Source: an uncultured Planctomycetales bacterium
GTDB taxonomy: Bacteria > Planctomycetota > Phycisphaerae > UBA1845 > CAIVHJ01
NCBI GenBank assembly: GCA_964619935.1
Contig: CAZUGO010000081.1
Coordinates: 1-50,767 of the forward strand
Direction: 5' to 3'
DNA length: 50,767 bases
The notes under the pieces are model-generated. The model searched no databases. It was not told the origin of the DNA and saw only the letters and a program-made list of their open reading frames with translations. A program made the translations under genes and the position numbers. Shown here one piece after another: positions 45,080 through 50,767 of this stretch. Each line of letters begins with the position of its first letter. Position 1 is the first letter of the stretch.

Positions 45080-46219
45080 TCAAAAAGTGCTTTCGAGCAG
45101 CGCCGCGGCACGGGTCGCGTGGGTGTCGCACAGCCGTCGGACCTCGGCCAGGGTTGCCGCCTGGCGCGGGTCCCAAATCGCCGGAGCGTCGGTTTCGGTG
45201 GCCGCGAACCCCAGCCGGCTCAGCACCGCTCGGCGCAGGAGGTCCAGACCGATCCCGTGGGCCGCGGCCAGTGGCACCGGCACTTGATTAATATTCTCTA
45301 ATGGCGGTGGGTCCGGACGGAGGTCCACCTTGTTGTAGGCCAGCAGCACCTTGGCGGGGTCCAGACCGGCGATGATTCGGACTGCGGGATCGGGGGGGGG
45401 ACACGTGGCATCAAGCAGCACAATCTGCACGTCCGCCTGATCGATCACCGGGCGGGTCCCATCGATGGCGGCCTGCTCCAGCGGGTCCACGGTGTCGCGG
45501 ATGCCGGCGGTGTCGATCAGCGAGATGGGCACTCCGCAGAACGACGTCGGGCGATCGACCCAGTCACGCGTCGTGCCGGGCTGATCGGACTCGATGCTCC
45601 ACGGCTTGTTCAGCAAGCGGTTGGCCAGCGTCGACTTGCCGACATTGGGGGCGCCGACGATCGCCACTCTGGCCCCGTTCAACAGCATCTGGCTGCGCGA
45701 ATAGCCGGCTTCGAGGGCGTCCATGATCGCCAGTGCCGCCGTGGGGTCAGCCGACTGAATGGCCTGACGACAGCGCTCGGCCTGCCGCGGAAGTTCCTCG
45801 AGTTGGCGGAGCAGCCAGCGGACGGCGCGGCCGGTGTCGGCCCGCGGCAAGGCGTCGAGCACACAGGCTTCCAGCGCGCTGCACCCCGGCCAGGCGGCGG
45901 CGGCATTAGCCTCGCGGACGATCACGCCACGCTGCTTCAACCCCAGCAACACGCGCTGGACCACCCGGATGCCACCGTGCGTACTGAGGCAGACCTCCGC
46001 CGCGCCCTGGCGGGTGCTCCCGGCCACCACCACGACGTCGTCGATCCACTGGCCGTCGTCGACCCACCGGGCCACCACCAGCCGATCGGGCGGCAATGAC
46101 ACCGGTCGATCAGTGCTGCGGCTGCGCAGAAAACTCAGGACCAGCGGAACGGCTTGCGGTCCGCTGATGTGAATCAGGGCGATACCGCCCACTCCGGCCG
46201 AACTCACCCGGGCGGCCAC
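45080..46219 (-). CDS. mnmE: MnmE/TrmE-like tRNA-modification GTPase (atypical: no C-terminal CxGK motif)
   Basis: N-terminal GVGGIALIHISG-type domain. G-domain motifs GAPNVGKSTL, GTTRD, DTAG and NKVD. Ends ...AALLESTF. Start is a tentative GTG at ~46219. Confidence 0.7.
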   Translation of the reverse strand: MAARVSSAGVGGIALIHISGPQAVPLVLSFLRSRSTDRPVSLPPDRLVVARWVDDGQWIDDVVVVAGSTRQGAAEVCLSTHGGIRVVQRVLLGLKQRGVIVREANAAAAWPGCSALEACVLDALPRADTGRAVRWLLRQLEELPRQAERCRQAIQSADPTAALAIMDALEAGYSRSQMLLNGARVAIVGAPNVGKSTLANRLLNKPWSIESDQPGTTRDWVDRPTSFCGVPISLIDTAGIRDTVDPLEQAAIDGTRPVIDQADVQIVLLDATCPPPDPAVRIIAGLDPAKVLLAYNKVDLRPDPPPLENINQVPVPLAAAHGIGLDLLRRAVLSRLGFAATETDAPAIWDPRQAATLAEVRRLCDTHATRAAALLESTF

Positions 46220-46271
46220 CGTTCGGGCTTCGGCGGCCGGCTGAACGGCGCAGGATGAGGTCGGGCCGCAA

Positions 46272-47075
46272 TCAGTTCTCAGGGCTGGTGACTCCGAACG
46301 CCCGGCGATAGGCCAGCGCCACTCCGAGCAGGCACAGGTTCGGGACAATCTTGTCGACCACATCGCTGCACGAGCCCAGCAACTCGGCATCGCCGCCGGT
46401 CAAGAACACCGTGGGCCAGCGGCCCAGCCGCTCGGCGAAGCGCTCGACGACGTCGCGTAGGGCTCCGAGCGAGCCATAGAAGATGCCGGCCTGGATGGCG
46501 TGGGGGGTGTCCTGGCCGAACACCGAGATCGGTCGATCGATGATCGGAACTTCGGGCAACGACGCGGTTCCGCTGGCCAGGGCGGCGGCCTGCATGCGTA
46601 GTCCGGGGAGGATGACGCCGCCGATGAAGCGGCCGTCGTCATCGACGCAGTCAATGGTCAGTGCCGTTCCGGCATCGGCCACGGCGCAGGCCCGGCCCTC
46701 GATCATGTAGGCCGTCGCGGCGGCACACAGGCGATCACTGCCCACCGAGTCGGGCTGGGCGACGTCGATCTCGATCGGCACCGGCAGGGTATCGCCGACA
46801 ATCCACAATTCCTCGCCGGTCTGCTGTCGGACCATCTGGCGGACGGTCGGAGTGTGCCGTGGGACCACCGAGCAGGCCACCGCGGCTTTCGGCGCTGGCA
46901 GGGCCTGCCAGTGATCGGCGATCATCGCCGGCAGATCCATGATGTGGTCATGGCGGACGCTGCCGGTGGCCCGGACGTCTTCGTTGGACCACAGCCCCAG
47001 CTTGGTGGCGCTGTTGCCGACGTCGACCACCAGCAAGTGGTCGGCAGCCGTGGGTGCCGGGGCATCGGTGATCAT
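46272..47075 (-). CDS. coaX: type III pantothenate kinase
   Basis: Motifs LVVDVGNSATKLGLW, GTA and GGDAELL. The ATG at 47075 overlaps the obg stop (ATGA). Confidence 0.9.
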   Translation of the reverse strand: MITDAPAPTAADHLLVVDVGNSATKLGLWSNEDVRATGSVRHDHIMDLPAMIADHWQALPAPKAAVACSVVPRHTPTVRQMVRQQTGEELWIVGDTLPVPIEIDVAQPDSVGSDRLCAAATAYMIEGRACAVADAGTALTIDCVDDDGRFIGGVILPGLRMQAAALASGTASLPEVPIIDRPISVFGQDTPHAIQAGIFYGSLGALRDVVERFAERLGRWPTVFLTGGDAELLGSCSDVVDKIVPNLCLLGVALAYRRAFGVTSPEN

Positions 47076-48109
47076 CGGTCGCTCCCGGAAACGGCCCGAG
47101 CCGCCGCCACGCCGTCGGGTGCGGCTTGAAGACAGGCCCAGACCTTCTTGTGGAACCGCTCCAGACCGAACCCGGTGACCGCACTGATGCCAAAGACCGG
47201 GCGGTCCAGGGCGCTTTCCAAATCGCGCAGCGGCTGCGGGTCGGCAACCAAGTCCATCTTGTTGGCAACCACGATCTGCGGCTTGGTCGCAAGCTCGGGG
47301 CTGTACTTGGCAAGCTCCTCGCGAACGATGTGGTAGGCTGCGGCGGCCGTCGGCTCGCCCTCCAGCGGCAGAATGTCCAACAGGTGCACGAGGATGCGGG
47401 TTCGCTCGATGTGCTTCAGGAAGGCGTCACCGAGACCGATCCCCTCGTGGGCACCTTCGATGAGCCCGGGAATGTCGGCCATCACGTAGTGGCGAAAGCC
47501 CTGAAGTTCGACGATGCCGAGCTGCGGCACCAGAGTCGTGAACGGGTAGTCGGCGATCTTGGGTCGAGCCCGGGTGGTGCGGGCCAGCAGGGTGCTCTTG
47601 CCGGCGTTGGGCATGCCGATCAACCCGACGTCGGCAATCAACTTCAGCTCCAACCGCAGCCAGCGCTCGCCGCCCGGGCGGCCGGGGGTTGCAAAACGCG
47701 GTGTCTGCCGGGTGGGCGTGGCATAGTGGCGGTTGCCCAGACCGCCAACCCCGCCCTTGAGGATGATCACTTCCTGGTCGGCGCCGGTGAGGTCTTTCAA
47801 CCGCAGGCCGTTGTCGCGGTCAAACAGCAAGGTCCCGGGCGGCACCCGAATGACCAGGTCGCAGCCGGCCTTCCCGGAACAGTTGCTGCCCCCGCCGGGG
47901 CGGCCGTTTTCGGCGATCCAATGGTGCTTGCCGGAAAACCGCGTCAGCGTGTTGAGCTGCGGATCAACCTTGAAGATCACGCTGCCGCCGTCACCGCCGT
48001 CGCCGCCGTCGGGCCCGCCTTTGGCGACGAACTTCTCGCGGCGAAAGCTGATGCAACCCGGTCCGCCGTTACCCGAACGGACGTAGATTTCCGCTTCATC
48101 AACAAACAT
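47072..48109 (-). CDS. obg: GTPase Obg/CgtA
   Basis: N-terminal Gly-rich Obg fold (MFVDEAEIYVRSGNGGPG...GGDGGDGG). G domain IADVGLIGMPNAGKSTLL. ATG at 48109; the six-frame ORF begins at an upstream TTG. Confidence 0.9.
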   Translation of the reverse strand: MFVDEAEIYVRSGNGGPGCISFRREKFVAKGGPDGGDGGDGGSVIFKVDPQLNTLTRFSGKHHWIAENGRPGGGSNCSGKAGCDLVIRVPPGTLLFDRDNGLRLKDLTGADQEVIILKGGVGGLGNRHYATPTRQTPRFATPGRPGGERWLRLELKLIADVGLIGMPNAGKSTLLARTTRARPKIADYPFTTLVPQLGIVELQGFRHYVMADIPGLIEGAHEGIGLGDAFLKHIERTRILVHLLDILPLEGEPTAAAAYHIVREELAKYSPELATKPQIVVANKMDLVADPQPLRDLESALDRPVFGISAVTGFGLERFHKKVWACLQAAPDGVAAARAVSGSDR

Positions 48110-48223
48110 GATGGCTGCCCGCAACCCACTCAAAAAGAAAGGGTGATCACGTCGATCACCCTTGAACGGTCAATGGGTCCCACGGCAGTGCTCGCCGCCG
48201 GGGCGCTCCCCCGGGACCGCAGG

Positions 48224-48466
48224 CTACGGCGTCGGTTCGACCAGAACCCTGCGGCCCTTGAAGACCACCGTCCCGTCGCGCAGGGCAAAAAGAGTATCGT
48301 CGCGGCCGCGTCCGACGTTCAGCCCCGGCAGGAAGGGGGTGCCGCATTGCCGCACCAGAATGGTCCCGACGGTCACCGTTTGACCTCCGAAGCGTTTCAC
48401 GCCGCGGAACTTGGGATTGGAGTCACGGCCGTTGCGGGTTGATCCTTGTCCTTTTTTGTGTGCCAT
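48224..48466 (-). CDS. rpmA: 50S ribosomal protein L27
   Basis: [29 protein letters not shown]... 80 aa. AGGAG RBS upstream. Confidence 0.95.
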   Translation of the reverse strand: MAHKKGQGSTRNGRDSNPKFRGVKRFGGQTVTVGTILVRQCGTPFLPGLNVGRGRDDTLFALRDGTVVFKGRRVLVEPTP

Positions 48467-48476
48467 TGTCAGGCTC

Positions 48477-49127
48477 CTATCTCATGACCCATTCCCGGCT
48501 CACGCGGATCGGCTCAGCCAGACCGCGGGTGGTGGGGTCGCCGGGCAGCCGATACTTGATCGCCAAGGTCTTTCTCAGGGTGAACAACCGGGGGTTGTCT
48601 TCGGAAACCGCCACCGAACTGTCGAACGCTGGATTCTGAACTTGCCGGATCTCGCCCGACAAGCCGCTGAAGTAGAGAGTAAACTCGTTGTCCTCGAGGT
48701 TGAACTGCCGGAACACCACCATGCTGTGCCGGGCGTTGTCCGGCCCCTGCAGTAGCGTGCCGGTGACCCGCCGCGGCTCCTGAAGAAACGGCTCGGTGGC
48801 CCGGTGTCGGGCGCGAATGGCATCATACACGCTGGGGCTGATGCGGTCCCCGCCCGAGACCACCTCCAGCGAATGGGTCACCAACTCGGCCTGGGGGAAG
48901 AACTGGATGTCGCGCCCGGTGCCATTCTCCACGCGGAACAACAGGTACCAGAACGTGGTGGCGAAATCGTCGCCCGGCAGGGTCAGCCGTATCCGCTGGG
49001 GGTCGTGAAAAGTGAAGTCCAATTCCCAGCGGCCCATGTCGGCGGAGGCCGGGCGCGGGACCACCTGGCCACCCAAGGGGGCGGCAAGGAGACAAACCAC
49101 ACCGGTAATCCACAAACCCCGATTCAT
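48477..49127 (-). CDS. hypothetical secreted protein
   Basis: Start [20 protein letters not shown] (signal peptide). It occupies the position where rplU (L21) would normally precede rpmA. Confidence 0.5.
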   Translation of the reverse strand: MNRGLWITGVVCLLAAPLGGQVVPRPASADMGRWELDFTFHDPQRIRLTLPGDDFATTFWYLLFRVENGTGRDIQFFPQAELVTHSLEVVSGGDRISPSVYDAIRARHRATEPFLQEPRRVTGTLLQGPDNARHSMVVFRQFNLEDNEFTLYFSGLSGEIRQVQNPAFDSSVAVSEDNPRLFTLRKTLAIKYRLPGDPTTRGLAEPIRVSREWVMR

Positions 49128-49346
49128 CAGGTCCTCAAAGCAGCGGGAAGCAGCGGGTTGGGGCACGGAACTCGTCGCGCAGACCCACCTCAAATCTTAA
49201 GAAAATGGGCCGCAAAGTCAAGGCAGGCAGCGTGGGGGTTGTCCTCTAGGCGAAGGTAAGCCGAATCCTCCGGGTCGGGCCAGGAGTCCTCAATGTGTTT
49301 GACAGGCCGCACCCGGACATGAGATGATTCGCCAGCCACCCCGCGA

Positions 49347-49835
49347 GTGAGAACCATGGATCCGCATGGCAATGACATCATGGCGATCGTGCTCGGGAAG
49401 ATTCCCAGCGGTTGCAGCATCCTGACCGCCGCTCACCACGGCCACTCCAGCGGAATGCTGGCCTCGTGGATCCAGCAGGCGGCATTCGAACCCCTGCTGC
49501 TGACCGTGGCCGTCCGCGACGGACGCCCAATCCAGCCGCTGATCGAAGGCTCCCGCCGGCTGGTGCTCAACCTGCTCGGCAGCAACCAGCGCCCGATGTT
49601 CAAACATTTCGGCGGCGGTTTCGGGCCCGGCGACGAGGCCTTTGCCGGCCTCGACATCCAAGAGTCCGCCTACGGTGTCATTCTGCCGGAGTGCCTGGGC
49701 TACCTGGGGTGCGACTTGGTGTCGCAGCTACCTGCCGGCGATCACCATGTTTACCTGGCCCAACCCCGGGTCGCCGGAATGCTCAGCGGTGGCGAGCCCT
49801 ACGTGCACACCCGCAAGTCCGCGGCCGGATACTGA
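49347..49835 (+). CDS. flavin reductase-like (FMN-binding split-barrel) domain protein
   Basis: MAIVLGKIPSGCSILTAAHHG...GMLASW...LLTVAV pattern typical of flavin reductase-like domains. Confidence 0.65.
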   Translation: MRTMDPHGNDIMAIVLGKIPSGCSILTAAHHGHSSGMLASWIQQAAFEPLLLTVAVRDGRPIQPLIEGSRRLVLNLLGSNQRPMFKHFGGGFGPGDEAFAGLDIQESAYGVILPECLGYLGCDLVSQLPAGDHHVYLAQPRVAGMLSGGEPYVHTRKSAAGY

Positions 49836-50535
49836 CTCGTCCAGCACCCCAGCGCCCGCATTGCCGACCTCGATGGACCTGGTCTTGCACTCGTTCCCCG
49901 GAGGTCGCCGCACTGTTAAATTGCGCACCCGACTGCCCGGGGCAGAACCCGATCCGATGATGACTTCGACTTGTGAGTAACGGGAGTAACCGTCGCAGCG
50001 GCACGCAGCTTCAGAGCGCAGATCCGCGCTACATTCAGCCTTCCTGCAACCGACTCTAGAACCAGTACAGCGAAGCCCGGGTGTAGTCGCAACATGTTGC
50101 ACTGCAATATACTTGAGCTTACTTGGTGCCGGTTAACGGTTGGTAAAAAGGCGTGCGGCACCCTGTTTTGTATTGGCGCGGTCAAAAGGGTGCCGCAGCG
50201 AGTGGAAGCAATTAATTTGTTAACAGTCTCGGGTCGCCTGCTCACCTGATTATATGCACCGGCAATCAGGAATAAAAGGGGGAATCGGGCGATCGTGCCA
50301 GATTCGCGTCTCTTTTTTTTCGAGCAGTCGGCTGCTCCTTAGGTCGGCAATGTGACCGAGTGGCGTCAGTCAAATCCGTCCCGATGGGATCGATTTTCAT
50401 TCACCCGCGGTAGTCACCGCCTGCCTGCCAGGCGGGAGAGCGACCAACGGGTTCGGAAGGACCCTGGTCCCGCCGGGCTTGCGGCCACGACCGCTCTGGC
50501 CTGGGTGCGGAACCCCACGGCGGCGGCGGTCCCAA

Positions 50536-50767
50536 CCCATTCGACCCGGTCGCCCCGCCAAGTCGACCTGGTCGTTCTGCCAAGTCGACCTGGTCGTTCT
50601 GCCAAGTCGACCTGGTCGTTTTGCCAAGTCGACCTGGTCGTTCTGCCTAGTCGACCTGGTCGTTCTGCCAAGTCGACCTGGTCGTTCTGCCAGGTCGACC
50701 CGGTCGTTCTGCCAAGTCGACCTGGTCGTTCTGCCAGGTCGACCCGGTCGTTTTGCCAAGTCGACCT
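50536..50767. repeat. tandem array of a 22-bp unit (CCAAGTCGACCTGGTCGTTCTG), at least 9.5 copies, truncated by the window end
   Basis: Unit starts at 50558, 50580, 50602, 50624, 50646, 50668, 50690, 50712, 50734 and 50756, with point variants (ttttg, cctag, ccagg/cccgg). A degenerate copy sits at 50536-50557. There are no spacers, so it is not CRISPR. Confidence 0.85.

Noticed and set aside
50270-50320. T8 run followed by small hairpin (gagcagtcggctgctc) as a terminator
   Set aside because: On the + strand the T-run precedes the hairpin rather than following it. On the - strand the hairpin is followed by A's. Neither orientation matches an intrinsic terminator.
50536-50767. Possible CRISPR array, given the regularly spaced repeats
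   Set aside because: The units are directly abutting (period 22 bp) with no unique spacers between them. There are no cas genes nearby. It is a tandem minisatellite, not CRISPR.
1-50767. tRNA, rRNA or tmRNA genes
   Set aside because: No cloverleaf-compatible segments with T-loop (GTTCGAATC-like) or anticodon-arm signatures were seen in the few non-coding gaps. None called.

Overview
This window is high-GC (roughly 65-70%) bacterial chromosomal DNA. It is densely coding. Serine/threonine kinases, a metzincin with Myxococcus-type Cys-rich repeats and a MYXO-CTERM-like tail, flagellin and sigma-28 suggest a Planctomycetota- or Myxococcota-like Gram-negative organism, but no lineage call is made.

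The first ~3.2 kb is a lower-GC accessory island. It holds the C-terminal tip of an Rhs/YD-repeat polymorphic toxin, a likely immunity gene, IS256 and IS66 transposase fragments, and an orphan two-gene cassette.

The rest is core-like. Housekeeping genes include pfkA, polX, fliC, efp, ftsK, a pterin carbinolamine dehydratase, pyrC, holA, clpS, sigma-28 fliA, an MnmE-like GTPase, coaX, obg and rpmA.

The most striking content is a minus-strand operon at 8.7-15.4 kb. It encodes three ESCRT-III/Snf7-superfamily proteins, one of which is CHMP2-like with a MIM1-like C-terminal helix. Immediately downstream is a Vps4-like MIT-domain AAA ATPase. A Hanks kinase with zinc ribbons is translationally coupled upstream, and an SPFH-like/coiled-coil/beta-propeller protein lies downstream. 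This is a eukaryote/Asgard-style ESCRT-III/Vps4 module in a bacterium.

Other notable items:
- An archaeal-type topoisomerase VI A/B operon with basic terminal tails.
- A textbook promoter, uORF and RBS-sequestering terminator attenuator in front of a PyrK-like oxidoreductase.
- A 1084-aa secreted metzincin with a near-perfect 159-bp tandem duplication.
- A 22-bp tandem repeat array that runs off the window end.

No tRNA, rRNA or CRISPR was found.
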